Shown: in pieces, positions 19,300-29,565 of the stretch
How the letters are laid out: every line of letters starts with the position of its first letter
Numbering within the stretch: position 1 is the stretch's first letter
Source: an archaeon GW2011_AR15
GTDB taxonomy: Archaea > Nanobdellota > Nanobdellia > Woesearchaeales > GW2011-AR15
Assembly (NCBI GenBank): GCA_000830295.1
Contig: CP010425.1
Span: forward strand, 704,001-768,000
DNA length: 64,000 nt
Direction: 5' to 3'
Program-made: the position numbers and the translations under genes
Notes under the pieces: model-generated
Database searches by the model: none
What the model was told of the DNA's origin: nothing
Seen by the model: the letters and a program-made list of their open reading frames with translations, nothing else

Positions 19300-19373
19300 T
19301 CCTCTGGCAACCAAATTCCGAGAGCTCTTGAAATTTGTGGCAAATTTCAAAAGGTTTCGGTGATTTATGAGGG
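19300..19373. repeat. Intergenic palindrome between divergent tfb and aRF1
   Basis: Perfect inverted repeat TTGAAATTTG-tgg-CAAATTTCAA (19328-19350) with imperfect outer arms. Confidence 0.7.
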
Positions 19374-19420
19374 AAAGCCTTTCAAAAATGTTTATAAAAC
19401 TTATTCTTTTTCTAGGGGTT

Positions 19421-20518
19421 ATGGCAATCACATCAAGGCAGAGGAGGGAGCTGCTCAAATTCATAAAAAAACTGGAGCCTATAAAGGGAAGGCACACTGA
19501 GCTTGTCTCAGTCTACATACCTGCAGGATATGATATGATTAAGATAATCCAGCAGCTTGCGCAGGAGCAGGGGACAGCATCCAACATAAAGGATTCTACA
19601 ACAAGGAAAAACGTGACTGATTCTCTTGAGAGGATGATACAGCATTTGCGGCTATTCAGGAAAACCCCTGAGCACGGCCTGGCTGTATTTTCAGGCAATG
19701 TTGCGGAAAAGGACGGGCAGCAGGATATAGAAGTGTTTTCTGTAGAGCCGCCTGAGCCCCTGAATTTCAGGCTTTACAGGTGTGACAAGAGCTTTGTGCT
19801 GGATGCCCTGAAAGAAATTGCGGAGAAGAAGGATATATATGGCCTTATTGTGATGGACAAGAGGGAAGGGGATATTGCACTGCTGAAGGGAAAATCAATT
19901 ATTCCGCTTACAAAATCAACCTCCTATGTCCCGGGCAAGACAAGGGCAGGTGGGCAGTCAGCAGCAAGGTTCGAGAGGCTGAGGGAAGGCGCAGCAAAGG
20001 AATTCTTCTCAAAGCTTGGGGAGTATGTTAAAGAGCAGTTCCTCTACAACAAGGACCTCAAGGGCATAATTGTCGGAGGGCCCGGCCTGACAAAAAATGA
20101 ATTTGTGGACGGGAATTACATCACAGACCAGGTGAAGAGGAAAATCATAGCCATAAAGGACCTGAGCTACACAGGTGATTTCGGCCTGCAGGAGCTCGTG
20201 GACAGGAGCCAGGATGTGCTTGCCAATGAAGAGATTGCCAAGGAGAAGGCATCCATGCAGAGGTTCTTTGAAATGCTCTCAAAAAAGCCGAAGCAGGTCG
20301 CATACGGCGAAGCGGATGTCAGGAAAAGGCTTGAGGAAGGCGCTGTTGATGTCGTGCTCCTGAGCGAGACTGTTCCGGATGAAAAAATCGACGAGTTTGA
20401 GCAGATAGCAGAGAGATACAGCAGCAGGGTTGAGGTAATCTCAGAGGAGACAAGGGAAGGCGTGCAGCTGAGGGATATGGGAAAGTTCGCAGCAGTGCTG
20501 AGATATGAGATGCACTGA
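19421..20518 (+). CDS. prf1: Peptide chain release factor aRF1
   Basis: GRHTELVSVYIP, TASNIKD, YRCDKSF, GGQSAARFER; start moved to MAITS. Confidence 0.96.
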   Translation: MAITSRQRRELLKFIKKLEPIKGRHTELVSVYIPAGYDMIKIIQQLAQEQGTASNIKDSTTRKNVTDSLERMIQHLRLFRKTPEHGLAVFSGNVAEKDGQQDIEVFSVEPPEPLNFRLYRCDKSFVLDALKEIAEKKDIYGLIVMDKREGDIALLKGKSIIPLTKSTSYVPGKTRAGGQSAARFERLREGAAKEFFSKLGEYVKEQFLYNKDLKGIIVGGPGLTKNEFVDGNYITDQVKRKIIAIKDLSYTGDFGLQELVDRSQDVLANEEIAKEKASMQRFFEMLSKKPKQVAYGEADVRKRLEEGAVDVVLLSETVPDEKIDEFEQIAERYSSRVEVISEETREGVQLRDMGKFAAVLRYEMH

Positions 20519-20564
20519 GTCATAGATGTAAAGCCTTAAATAATCTCTTTCTTTTTTTATCCCA

Positions 20565-21218
20565 ATGCATCATCTCATAAAGAAAGCATTCACAGAGCTG
20601 TACAGCAAAGAGCCTGATTTTGATGCAAGGCTGAAATATTCAAGGGCATTCAAGGGATACAATGCCAATGTTAAATACACAAAATTTTCCATGGAGTTCA
20701 GGCTCTCACACAGCTGGAAAGAGGTCAGCGATGAAATAAAAATCGGGCTGCTGCAGCACCTTCTCAATAAAGTCTATAAGACCGATATAGAAACAATAAA
20801 CACCGAGCTTTATGAAATATTTCTAAAAAAGATTCCCGGCCTGGCAAAAAAGACAAAGTCACACCCTCTCCTCGAGGATTCATTCAGCAGGATGAATGAT
20901 GAGTATTTTGACGGCATGATGTCTGCCCCAAATCTTGAGTTCGGCGACAAGGCATTCAGGACACTGGGCACATATGATTATACAACCGACACAATAAGGA
21001 TATCAACAGTGCTGAGGAAGAACATGACTCTTCTTGATTATGTGATGTATCATGAGATGCTCCACAAGAAATTCCAGTACAGGAAAACAGGAAAGCGGAC
21101 AATCCACCATTCAAGGGAATTCAGGCAATGGGAAAGCAGGTTCAGGGAGCCTGATGTCGAGAACAAGCTGAAGTGGTTTTTAAGGAAAGAAAAGCTGAAG
21201 AGCTTCTGGTTTACATAA
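20565..21218 (+). CDS. SprT/M48-like zinc metalloprotease
   Basis: YVMYHEMLH..HSREFRQWE. Confidence 0.8.
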   Translation: MHHLIKKAFTELYSKEPDFDARLKYSRAFKGYNANVKYTKFSMEFRLSHSWKEVSDEIKIGLLQHLLNKVYKTDIETINTELYEIFLKKIPGLAKKTKSHPLLEDSFSRMNDEYFDGMMSAPNLEFGDKAFRTLGTYDYTTDTIRISTVLRKNMTLLDYVMYHEMLHKKFQYRKTGKRTIHHSREFRQWESRFREPDVENKLKWFLRKEKLKSFWFT

Positions 21219-21286
21219 CCAGCAAAAACTATAAAAGGAGGTAAATTTATAAATCACTATAAAATTCTGAAAAGGGTGATAGTTTA

Positions 21287-21685
21287 ATGGCAGGAACAAA
21301 ATTAAGCCACGTGGGCAGCATGAAAAAAGGCAACTATATTGTCCTTGAAGGTGTTGCATGCATTGTTTCAAATACACAGACATCAAGGCCGGGAAAACAC
21401 GGTCATGCAAAGGTAAGGCTGGAAGCAGTGGGAATTATAGACGGCAAGAAAAGGCAGGTTGTCATGCCAGGCCACGATAATGTCGAAGTCCCGGTCATAG
21501 ACAAGCTGAATGCCCAGGTGCTCTCAATATCAGGGGACATGGCCAATGTCATGGATATGGAATCATACGAGACATTCGACATGAAGGTGCCGGAAGAGCT
21601 CAAAGATAAATTAACAGCAGGGATGACTGTCCTTTACTGGGGTATACTGGGGGACAGGGTCATCAAGCAGATTAAGGCGGATTGA
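21287..21685 (+). CDS. eif5a: Translation factor aIF-5A
   Basis: SRPGKHGHAK hypusine motif. Confidence 0.97.
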   Translation: MAGTKLSHVGSMKKGNYIVLEGVACIVSNTQTSRPGKHGHAKVRLEAVGIIDGKKRQVVMPGHDNVEVPVIDKLNAQVLSISGDMANVMDMESYETFDMKVPEELKDKLTAGMTVLYWGILGDRVIKQIKAD

Positions 21686-21687
21686 AA

Positions 21688-21849
21688 ATGGTTAAATTTC
21701 CAGAAGCAGATGCAAGGATATTCAGGGGGGTTTTTGTCTGCCGAAAGTGCAAGACAAAGACAAGGACATCCAACCTGAAGGTGCTGGCAGGAAAGGTCAC
21801 CTGCAAGAAATGCGGCGGACATGCTTTCAGGCCATTAAGGAAGAAATAA
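21688..21849 (+). CDS. rpl40e: 50S ribosomal protein L40e
   Basis: Not in the ORF track (53 aa): MVKFPEADARIF..VCRKCK..CKKCG..FRPLRKK. Confidence 0.92.
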   Translation: MVKFPEADARIFRGVFVCRKCKTKTRTSNLKVLAGKVTCKKCGGHAFRPLRKK

Positions 21850-21875
21850 GCTTCACTGACTCTGGTTTTTAGAAA

Positions 21876-23081
21876 ATGGTTTTTCAGCTTTTTGGAGAGT
21901 ATACAGGAGTAATTGTATTTTACGGCCTTGTATTTCTTTTAGTCTATCTGAACAGGCACAGATTCGAGAAGCACGGCTCGCTGATGTATCTCTACAAGAC
22001 ACAGTTCGGCATAAAGTTCATGAAGAAAGTCAGCCGGAAATTCAGGAAGCCCATAAAGATTCTTGGCTATACAGGCATAGTGGCTGCATATATAGGATTT
22101 TTTTTTGTCGTCTACATTCTTTTCCAGGCAGCATATGATATTATTGCTGATACTCCTGGAGCAGTCGGCGGAAGCCCTGTGATTCCGGGGCTGCCGATAG
22201 CAGGGCTTGGGATAAGGTTCCCTCTGATAATCGGCTGGATAAGCCTTTTCATAATAATGATAGTGCATGAGTTCGCGCACGGCATAATGGCGAAGGCGCA
22301 CAATATAAAGATAAAAAGCTCGGGGATTGCCTTTTTCGGCCCGATACTCGGGGCATTTGTAGAGCCTGATGAAGAGAGGCTGGAAAAGAAATCCCACAAG
22401 GTGCAGCATTCTATATTTGCAGCAGGCCCTGTCTCAAATGCAGTGCTGTGGATTGTCTGCATAATGCTTATGGTCCCTGTGGGAGCTGCAATAGTGAGCA
22501 TGACCACTCCTCAGGGTGTGACCGTTGGGATAATACAGAATGAGAGCCTGCCGGCATTCAGGTCAGGCCTTCCTGAAAACTCAGTTATAACAGGCATAAA
22601 CCAGTATGAAATAACAAACATAACCTCTCTCGAGAATGCACTGGCAGAAATGAAGCCAAGGCAAAAGATGACAGTCAGGACAAACGAGGGCAGCTACAAC
22701 CTCACTGCACTTTCGCACCCTGATAATTCCTCAAAGGCATACATAGGGATATGGATATACGGGGAAGACAGGATACTGAAGGATAATACAGTTTTCCATA
22801 ATGCCGGCTACAGCGCACTGCAATGGATACTTGAGCTGCTGGTATGGACAGCCTTCATAAGCATAAATATAGCCCTGATAAACCTTTTCCCTGTTTTCAT
22901 AACAGACGGGGCAAGGATGCTGAAACTGAATTTTGAGATGATATTCAGGGATAAAGAGAAAGCTGCACAATACTGGGTATTTGCAAATTCCCTTGGGCTG
23001 ACTGTAGTACTCATACTATTGTTTTTCCCGCTCATCCGCACAATGCTCAATCTTTTCATAGGGTTTATCATAAGCTTTTAA
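21876..23081 (+). CDS. Site-2 protease (M50) with PDZ-like insert
   Basis: HEFAHG, GAFVEPD, AGPVSN, NLFPVFITDG. Confidence 0.93.
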   Translation: MVFQLFGEYTGVIVFYGLVFLLVYLNRHRFEKHGSLMYLYKTQFGIKFMKKVSRKFRKPIKILGYTGIVAAYIGFFFVVYILFQAAYDIIADTPGAVGGSPVIPGLPIAGLGIRFPLIIGWISLFIIMIVHEFAHGIMAKAHNIKIKSSGIAFFGPILGAFVEPDEERLEKKSHKVQHSIFAAGPVSNAVLWIVCIMLMVPVGAAIVSMTTPQGVTVGIIQNESLPAFRSGLPENSVITGINQYEITNITSLENALAEMKPRQKMTVRTNEGSYNLTALSHPDNSSKAYIGIWIYGEDRILKDNTVFHNAGYSALQWILELLVWTAFISINIALINLFPVFITDGARMLKLNFEMIFRDKEKAAQYWVFANSLGLTVVLILLFFPLIRTMLNLFIGFIISF

Positions 23082-23105
23082 TTGCAGGACTTTTTCCTTC
23101 TCACC

Positions 23106-23828
23106 ATGATAACTGTTGTGCTTGTCAGGCCAGAGACACAGGAGAATATAGGATTCATAGCAAGGGCAATGAAGAATTTTGAGCTTGACAGGCTGCTGAT
23201 AATAAAGCCGGGATGCGATCCAAAAGGGGAAAGGGCAATGGTTGTAAGCAAGCATGCCCGTGAAATCCTTGAAAAAGCTGCTGTGAAAGACTATGCTTAT
23301 TTTTCAGAGCTGAAAAAAAATTTTGATATTGTTGTGGGGACAACGTCTGTGCTGGGCAGCGACTACAATATTCCCAGGACACCCCTGACGCCGGAAGAAT
23401 TTGTCTCAAAGATTGATGGCAGCCAGAACATTGCCCTTGTTTTCGGAAATGAAGGAGACGGGCTTTCGAACGATGAGATAAAAAGATGCAATTTTGTAAT
23501 TACAATCCCCTCCGCAAAAACATACAGTGCATTAAACATAAGCCATGCAGCATCAATAATATTTTACGAGCTGTACAAGAAATTCGGGCAGAACAAAGTC
23601 AACTCCCACATAGAGAGAATTTCCAAAAAACAGAAAGAAGTCATGATGCAGAAAATAGAAAGCATAATTTCAGGGCTTCAGTTCACGACAGAGCGGAAGA
23701 AAGAAACTCAGAAGATAACATGGGACAAGATACTGGACCAGGCTATGATGTCAAAAAGAGAGGCATTTGTGATAATGGGACTGTTCAGGAAAATAGACGA
23801 AAAAATTAACAAGTCTTCACGCCGCTGA
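23106..23828 (+). CDS. trmJ: TrmJ-family SPOUT tRNA 2'-O-methyltransferase
   Basis: VLVRPE..NIGFIARAMKNF, LVFGNEGDGLSNDE, LNISHA. Confidence 0.88.
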   Translation: MITVVLVRPETQENIGFIARAMKNFELDRLLIIKPGCDPKGERAMVVSKHAREILEKAAVKDYAYFSELKKNFDIVVGTTSVLGSDYNIPRTPLTPEEFVSKIDGSQNIALVFGNEGDGLSNDEIKRCNFVITIPSAKTYSALNISHAASIIFYELYKKFGQNKVNSHIERISKKQKEVMMQKIESIISGLQFTTERKKETQKITWDKILDQAMMSKREAFVIMGLFRKIDEKINKSSRR

Positions 23829-24264
23829 ATGACATCTTTCTGATGCTGCACATGAATTCCCCACTATCATGCTCAACCAGGGGGGTTATGGTGATTTTCT
23901 TTATATCCCCGTTTTCTTTTCCGTACTCAACAACGCTTGTTGCAACATCACCCGGGTTGAGGTTAAGATTTTCTATCCTTCTTACTGCCTTCCCTTTTTC
24001 CCCTGAAATCTCCAAAACTGCGCCCTCTATAACAGACCTCCCGTCATTCTTCAGTATCATCTGAAGCCTTGAATTGTCGGGAAAGACGCATAGCACCTGC
24101 TCATTGCTTATTTCGTGTATTGAAAGGGAGGATTCTTTGCATTCCTTAGGGGATGAAAGATAGACAAATGCCCTGTATCCAAAAAATAATACTGCAATAA
24201 GGATAACAGCATATACTACATATTTCAGAGAAAAATCGGCTTTTTCTGAGCTATGCTTTGGCAT
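23806..24264 (-). CDS. Membrane-anchored hypothetical protein
   Basis: N-terminal TM followed by a beta-rich, Cys-containing domain. Confidence 0.55.
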   Translation of the reverse strand: MPKHSSEKADFSLKYVVYAVILIAVLFFGYRAFVYLSSPKECKESSLSIHEISNEQVLCVFPDNSRLQMILKNDGRSVIEGAVLEISGEKGKAVRRIENLNLNPGDVATSVVEYGKENGDIKKITITPLVEHDSGEFMCSIRKMSFSGVKTC

Positions 24265-24571
24265 CTTTCACCGCCTTCTTCACTCTTGCGTCCCCTTTTG
24301 GAGAGGCGCTTCTTCCGAGCCTGTAATACACTTTCTCGGCCATCTCGCCCCAGGAATAATCGCCTTTCTCCTTCTCAACTTTCTCTATCTCAAATTCCCC
24401 GAGCTCAACCCCTTTCCGGAGATGGTAATATATCGAGCGCATGGTAACTTTAGGGAAAATTCCCACATAGTGCTTGTATATGTCATAGCCATATCCCTTG
24501 CCCAGGAAATAGAGTATCTCAACAATGTTCTGCCTTATCTGTGAACTTACGGGCCTGCCTCTCTGTTTCAT
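24251..24571 (-). CDS. Winged-helix (PadR-like) protein
   Basis: RGRP..IRQNIVEIL..GYGYDIY..RSIYYHL. Confidence 0.7.
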   Translation of the reverse strand: MKQRGRPVSSQIRQNIVEILYFLGKGYGYDIYKHYVGIFPKVTMRSIYYHLRKGVELGEFEIEKVEKEKGDYSWGEMAEKVYYRLGRSASPKGDARVKKAVKDAKA

Positions 24572-24630
24572 CAGATTAGTATTGTAGAGAATGGTTTATA
24601 TATCTTTTCATAATAGAGAATAAGTGCAGA

Positions 24631-24870
24631 TCAGTTTGGCATGTTTCTTTTGTAATAGTATTGCCCAGGCATCTGTTTTCCAGGGTGGTTTCCAAAATAC
24701 TTGGAAGGGTCACTCATAATCTCTTCAATGGCATTCTTTGCATTAATCCCCGCAAGATACAGCTCAGAAGGGAGAATCCCGGTTTTGGCAGTTATGCCTA
24801 CAATAACAGAAGCAGCTATAAGCTGAGCCGCTTCATCAAGGACTATCTTTGCCAGGTTGCTCATAATCAA
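24631..24870 (-). CDS. Small hypothetical protein
   Basis: Fills an otherwise empty gap; TATA-like tract upstream. Confidence 0.4.
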   Translation of the reverse strand: MIMSNLAKIVLDEAAQLIAASVIVGITAKTGILPSELYLAGINAKNAIEEIMSDPSKYFGNHPGKQMPGQYYYKRNMPN

Positions 24871-24914
24871 TTACCACAGACATGTTTATATTTAAATTAT
24901 TCGTTTTACATAAT

Positions 24915-25856
24915 ATGAAGCAGATTTTTGTCCTGTCAAAAGAGAACATAGGGCTTGCAAAAGCCGAAGCGCTTTCCCTTGCCAAGCCGCAGGAATATGA
25001 GCTTATTGGCAATCTCCTTATAGCAGAAGCAAAAAAAGATTTTAGCCGGAGATTGGGTCTGACTCATTCTGCATATATGTTTTTATTCAGGTGCAGGGAA
25101 GAAGAGCTGCCGGAAAAAATAATGGCGTATGACTGGAACAGGATATACAGGAAAAATTTCTGTGTCAGGGTGCATGGCAGCAGAAAGTTTTCAGAGCGCG
25201 AAATCTCAACTATGGTATGGAAGCAGCTTGAAAATCCGAAAGTAAAGCTAAGTGGTTCAGGAACAAGGATTAAGTTTTTCTTTGAGGGGGGAATGGTGAT
25301 AGCCGGACTGTTTCTCTATGATGCAGACAAATCACAGCTCAAAAGAAAGGCGCACATGAGGCCGAAGCTTCATCCGACTTCCCTTCACCCGTCGCTGGCA
25401 AAAGCATGCATAAACCTTACAGGCCTTGAAAAAGGCACAGTGCTTGACCCGTTCTGCGGCTCAGGAGGAATACTCATAGAGGCAGGGCTGATGGGGCTTA
25501 ATGCAGTGGGATATGATATTGATGATGAGCAGCTGAAGAGGGCGGAAATAAACCTGAAGCATTACGGCCTGAAAAACTGCAGGCTTGAAAAAAAAGATGC
25601 AACAGCACTGGAATCAAAAGCCGATGCGGTTGTGACAGACCCCCCATACGGCAAAGGCTCCAGGGGGAAAAATCTCGAAAAATTATATATGGACTTTCTC
25701 TGGTCAGCAAGAAAAATTACAGGAAACATGGTTGTTATATTTCCGGACTTTATTGATTACAGGCAGATAATAGAAAAATCAGGATGGAAAATAAAAGGCG
25801 AATTTAGGGTTTATATCCACAAATCCCTGACAAGAATAATCCTGAAGCTCATTTAG
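24915..25856 (+). CDS. trm11: tRNA m2G10 methyltransferase (THUMP + MTase, Trm11/TrmG10 family)
   Basis: HPTSLHPSLA, LDPFCGSGGILIEA, TDPPYG, VYIHKSLTR. Confidence 0.88.
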   Translation: MKQIFVLSKENIGLAKAEALSLAKPQEYELIGNLLIAEAKKDFSRRLGLTHSAYMFLFRCREEELPEKIMAYDWNRIYRKNFCVRVHGSRKFSEREISTMVWKQLENPKVKLSGSGTRIKFFFEGGMVIAGLFLYDADKSQLKRKAHMRPKLHPTSLHPSLAKACINLTGLEKGTVLDPFCGSGGILIEAGLMGLNAVGYDIDDEQLKRAEINLKHYGLKNCRLEKKDATALESKADAVVTDPPYGKGSRGKNLEKLYMDFLWSARKITGNMVVIFPDFIDYRQIIEKSGWKIKGEFRVYIHKSLTRIILKLI

Positions 25857-26406
25857 CCCTGCTTTCTTTCTCAGCTTTCATCAGGAAATCCATAAGTGCA
25901 GTAATTTTCTTTTTGTCCATCACATACCCTTTTACTTTCATAAGAAGGTAATTCTTGTACGGCCTTACCATGTGCTGGATGCTGTCTATCTTCCTGCCGT
26001 TGAAATCGTAATTGCTGTATCCGGCAAGCTTTTTTCCGTTATATTTTTTCTCTTCCCTGAACTGAAGCTTTACATAAGTTCTGGGCATGCCCCAGTATTC
26101 CCCGTATGCCCTGCTTGCAAAATGCAGCTGCCACCAGTTGTCCCTGTAATTGCCTTCCATCCTAGGCTGCTCCATGAACCTTGTTATGAAGTGGAATTTG
26201 AGCTTATTGGCAAGATTCTTGAACATGATATGTATGATATAGAAGCCCATAGCAAATGCAGACAGGAGAATCTGCAGGAGAACCAGCAGGAGGTAAATTT
26301 CCAGGATTATCTCCCCAGCAAGGAATAGATGGGTTATCAGTCCAAAATAAAAGAGACTGGCTAAAACAGAGCCTGCAATTACTGCGGTTTTTTGCGTGTT
26401 TCCCAT
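25849..26406 (-). CDS. Hypothetical membrane protein
   Basis: Two N-terminal TM segments. Confidence 0.55.
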   Translation of the reverse strand: MGNTQKTAVIAGSVLASLFYFGLITHLFLAGEIILEIYLLLVLLQILLSAFAMGFYIIHIMFKNLANKLKFHFITRFMEQPRMEGNYRDNWWQLHFASRAYGEYWGMPRTYVKLQFREEKKYNGKKLAGYSNYDFNGRKIDSIQHMVRPYKNYLLMKVKGYVMDKKKITALMDFLMKAEKESRAK

Positions 26407-26444
26407 TTTTTTCCTAATTGATTCTATATTATTTTATATTTAAA

Positions 26445-26996
26445 TTATGCCATTATGAGGGCAAAGAGCGGCCCTAAAAACGATATGTAAAGGAAAGTGA
26501 ATATGAAGCTCGTTATGCATTTTGATATTACATCAAAGGGAGGGTTCTGGATTATAACTGTCCTGTATATGAAATAGAGCACTGAATACATCAGCGCAGC
26601 AATGCTTCCGTATAAAATCATAGGGGCATTTCCAAATATGGCTACAGCAGCAGCAGTGGAGACGCTGTAAAAGAAGAAATTTGCGAAAGTCCCGTCTGAT
26701 GCGATGAAGGTTACAAAATCAATAGCCAACGTATTTATTGCCACGAAGATTATTGCCTCTTTTATCCCTATGAATTTTGCCAGCATAATGGCTGAGAAAT
26801 GCAGGGTATCCAGAACGACGACTTTAAGGCCGAACATCCCCCTGATATATTTTAGTATATAGGCGGCAATGCTGAAAAGGAATATGAAGAATACAGTCTT
26901 GTTGAGCTTTATCAGGAAAAGCATGACTACAAGGGCAAGGACATAATACTTCAGATTCTTCACGAACTTGCTCTTTTTTTTTCCCTCTTCTGCCAC
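26445..26996 (-). CDS. Hypothetical multi-pass membrane protein
   Basis: GTG start, five to six hydrophobic segments. Confidence 0.6.
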   Translation of the reverse strand: MAEEGKKKSKFVKNLKYYVLALVVMLFLIKLNKTVFFIFLFSIAAYILKYIRGMFGLKVVVLDTLHFSAIMLAKFIGIKEAIIFVAINTLAIDFVTFIASDGTFANFFFYSVSTAAAVAIFGNAPMILYGSIAALMYSVLYFIYRTVIIQNPPFDVISKCITSFIFTFLYISFLGPLFALIMA

Positions 26997-27114
26997 GGTA
27001 GGGGGTAGAATGCAGGCAGATTATTTAAATCTTGACAAAATCATACAAAGTATGATATTGTTTTACTATTGATTTTGAAATACATTTTTAAATGACCGCT
27101 GGTTTTCTCATTTT

Positions 27115-28203
27115 ATGCTTACCGAGAAAAAACGCCTTGAGCTGGAGAATCAGGGCTACAGGATAGTAGGGAACCATTCAGCAGTCAAGATATGCGGCTG
27201 GACCAAGAATGCCCTGAGGAGCAGGGGGATGTGCTACAAGAACACGTTCTACGGAATCCAGTCATGGAGATGCGTGCAGATGACACCTGCCCTGCAGCAC
27301 TGCAATTTCAGGTGCTGGCACTGCTGGAGAGACATAGCTACAGCATCAAGGGAATGGACAGGCCCTGTTGATGAGCCTAAAGAGATTGTTGACGGATGCA
27401 TAAGGGAGCATCTCGGGCTCTTAATGGGGTTCAGGGGAAACCCGAATGCAAACATGAAAAGGATTGAGGAAATGAAGGTACCGCTTCACTTTGCAATTTC
27501 ACTGACAGGGGAGCCGACAATGTATCCAAGGCTGCCCGAGCTTATTGATGAGATACAGGGGAGGGGAATGACAGCCTATCTTGTAACAAACGGGAGCTAT
27601 CCGGAGATGGTCGAGAAGATTATCGGGCATGAGCCGACACAGTTCTATATTACTCTCGCAGCCCCTACAGAGGAAATGTTCATCAAAACAACTAATCCAT
27701 TGACAAAGCATGCCTGGGAGAGATTCAATAAGACCTTGCAGCTTATGGAAAAAATGAAGTGCAGGAGAGTCTTAAGGCTGACCCTGACAAAAGGCCACAA
27801 CATGTACAATCCTGAGGAATACGGGAAATTCATAAAAAACCTTCATTTTGACTTTGTGGAATGCAAGGGATATGTCCATGTCGGCTATGCAAGGTACAGG
27901 AATACAAGGGACAACATGCCGACCCATGATGAGATAAAAGAATTTGCAGCCAAGGTTGCAGAGGCAGCCGGCCTGAAATATATTGATGAGAAGCCGGAAA
28001 GCTCTGTTGTTTTGCTGATGAAAGAGGACAGGCCTGACAGGATACTTGATTTTGAGGCAGAGCTGAGGAATGAGGTTGAGCTGCCGGATATTCTTGACAG
28101 CAAACCAGGCGGGCTTCCGATACTGAATTCTAATTCTATGCCAAAGAATTCAGGGCTGAAGATAATACAGGAAAGCGGCTGCGGGGATAACTGCAACTGC
28201 TGA
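27115..28203 (+). CDS. taw1: 4-demethylwyosine synthase (radical SAM, Taw1/TYW1)
   Basis: HSAVKICGW, CYKNTFYGI.S.RC.QMTP, CNFRCWHC, HFAISLTGEP. Confidence 0.95.
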   Translation: MLTEKKRLELENQGYRIVGNHSAVKICGWTKNALRSRGMCYKNTFYGIQSWRCVQMTPALQHCNFRCWHCWRDIATASREWTGPVDEPKEIVDGCIREHLGLLMGFRGNPNANMKRIEEMKVPLHFAISLTGEPTMYPRLPELIDEIQGRGMTAYLVTNGSYPEMVEKIIGHEPTQFYITLAAPTEEMFIKTTNPLTKHAWERFNKTLQLMEKMKCRRVLRLTLTKGHNMYNPEEYGKFIKNLHFDFVECKGYVHVGYARYRNTRDNMPTHDEIKEFAAKVAEAAGLKYIDEKPESSVVLLMKEDRPDRILDFEAELRNEVELPDILDSKPGGLPILNSNSMPKNSGLKIIQESGCGDNCNC

Positions 28204-28253
28204 CTTAGGGGCTTCGTTAACAAAATTCTCCTAACTTTATATATAACTATTAT

Positions 28254-28919
28254 TTGCCTGGCTTTATGTACTATGAAATTGAAAGGACAGACGGATTAAG
28301 AATCATAACAGGAGAGAACGACAAAGTGATTTATACTTTTCTCGGTTATACAGAGGACAACAGGATTGATAAGTTTCCGGATATGAAAGAAATTAGAGGC
28401 CAGCCAAGAGTTGATACAAAAGGAGAAATTTCAACACTGCGGCTGTCAGGAATACTTGATATTAATTTAGCAAAAGATGATGACTTTAACCATTCAGATT
28501 CTCCGCTTCTCCAGATGGGTTCTGTTTATGTTTCGCCTGCAAAGAGGGCATATTCTATCGAGCATATAGAGTATGACCAATATGCAATAAAACACAGGGC
28601 AGGAAAGCCTGCGGGTAAGTATGAGCGCCATAGTGATGCCCTGCTATTGCTTTTTGAGGTTCTCGGAATACCTATAGAAGAGGAGTTCATAGACAAGCAG
28701 GTGATTGTAAGTGATGGAATTCACGACATATCCGAATATCTGATACCGGGCAGACCAGCATCTGTTGATGTGAGATACAAATACAGCAATGGAGAGGAAT
28801 TGGCGGAATATATAGAGCCGAGATGGGGTTTCCAGCCTAAGGCAGGATCATGGTTTAAGCCAAAACTTATAGAGCAGGCAACAACTATAACTTATTTTGA
28901 TGAATATAATAAGAGATAG
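28254..28919 (+). CDS. Hypothetical protein
   Basis: 221-aa ORF with no recognised motif. Confidence 0.5.
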   Translation: MPGFMYYEIERTDGLRIITGENDKVIYTFLGYTEDNRIDKFPDMKEIRGQPRVDTKGEISTLRLSGILDINLAKDDDFNHSDSPLLQMGSVYVSPAKRAYSIEHIEYDQYAIKHRAGKPAGKYERHSDALLLLFEVLGIPIEEEFIDKQVIVSDGIHDISEYLIPGRPASVDVRYKYSNGEELAEYIEPRWGFQPKAGSWFKPKLIEQATTITYFDEYNKR

Positions 28920-28925
28920 GATAAA

Positions 28926-29327
28926 TCAGATATTATGTGCATACTCAAGGATAGGAGTTATATTCTCTGATACAACCACTTTTTCAGGTGCATCCGGAGA
29001 AGGATAATTAAGCACTCTTTCAGTCCTTAACTTATAGCCGATTAGTGCTTTATCACCAACATTAAATCTCTCGAACAGGTTATAGCCGTCTCCTGTAACA
29101 ATACGGGTATCCCCCTGGAAATGCACTGAATAAGCATCATAAGGCATCATGCCTTCAGAATAGCCTGGAGAAGGAAATCTTGGGACACTGCCTAAAAAAC
29201 CCGTTGACAGAACAACAGGCTCATGCTCTTTTGAGGCAACAAAAGCTCGCTCCTCAACCAGATCAGAAAGCTCCACTCTATTTTCCTTGGTCAGCCCAAG
29301 CCACCATGATAGCTTTTTTAATGACAT
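28926..29327 (-). CDS. Hypothetical protein
   Basis: 133-aa ORF with a TATA-like tract upstream. Confidence 0.5.
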   Translation of the reverse strand: MSLKKLSWWLGLTKENRVELSDLVEERAFVASKEHEPVVLSTGFLGSVPRFPSPGYSEGMMPYDAYSVHFQGDTRIVTGDGYNLFERFNVGDKALIGYKLRTERVLNYPSPDAPEKVVVSENITPILEYAHNI

Positions 29328-29478
29328 CTTAACTCAGAGTGAGTGAAAGCTTATTTATAAAAATAGTGCTGCTGCTAAGCAATCAGGTTCACTCACACGT
29401 TTAGATTTACATTTAAAGATTATCAATAAAGAAATTACCTGAGATTATAATATATCAGGGTAAGGATACTCATAAATA

Positions 29479-29565
29479 TCATCGTATTTCAAGATGAGCA
29501 TATGACAAAGATACCATAAGTATCATTACCAGCGCAAGGCTGAATATCTCCATCAAATACTCCAT
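29479..29565 (-). CDS. Candidate 28-aa single-TM small protein
   Basis: MEYLMEIFSLALVMILMVSLSYAHLEIR; GAGGTGA Shine-Dalgarno 5 nt upstream. Confidence 0.4.
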   Translation of the reverse strand: MEYLMEIFSLALVMILMVSLSYAHLEIR

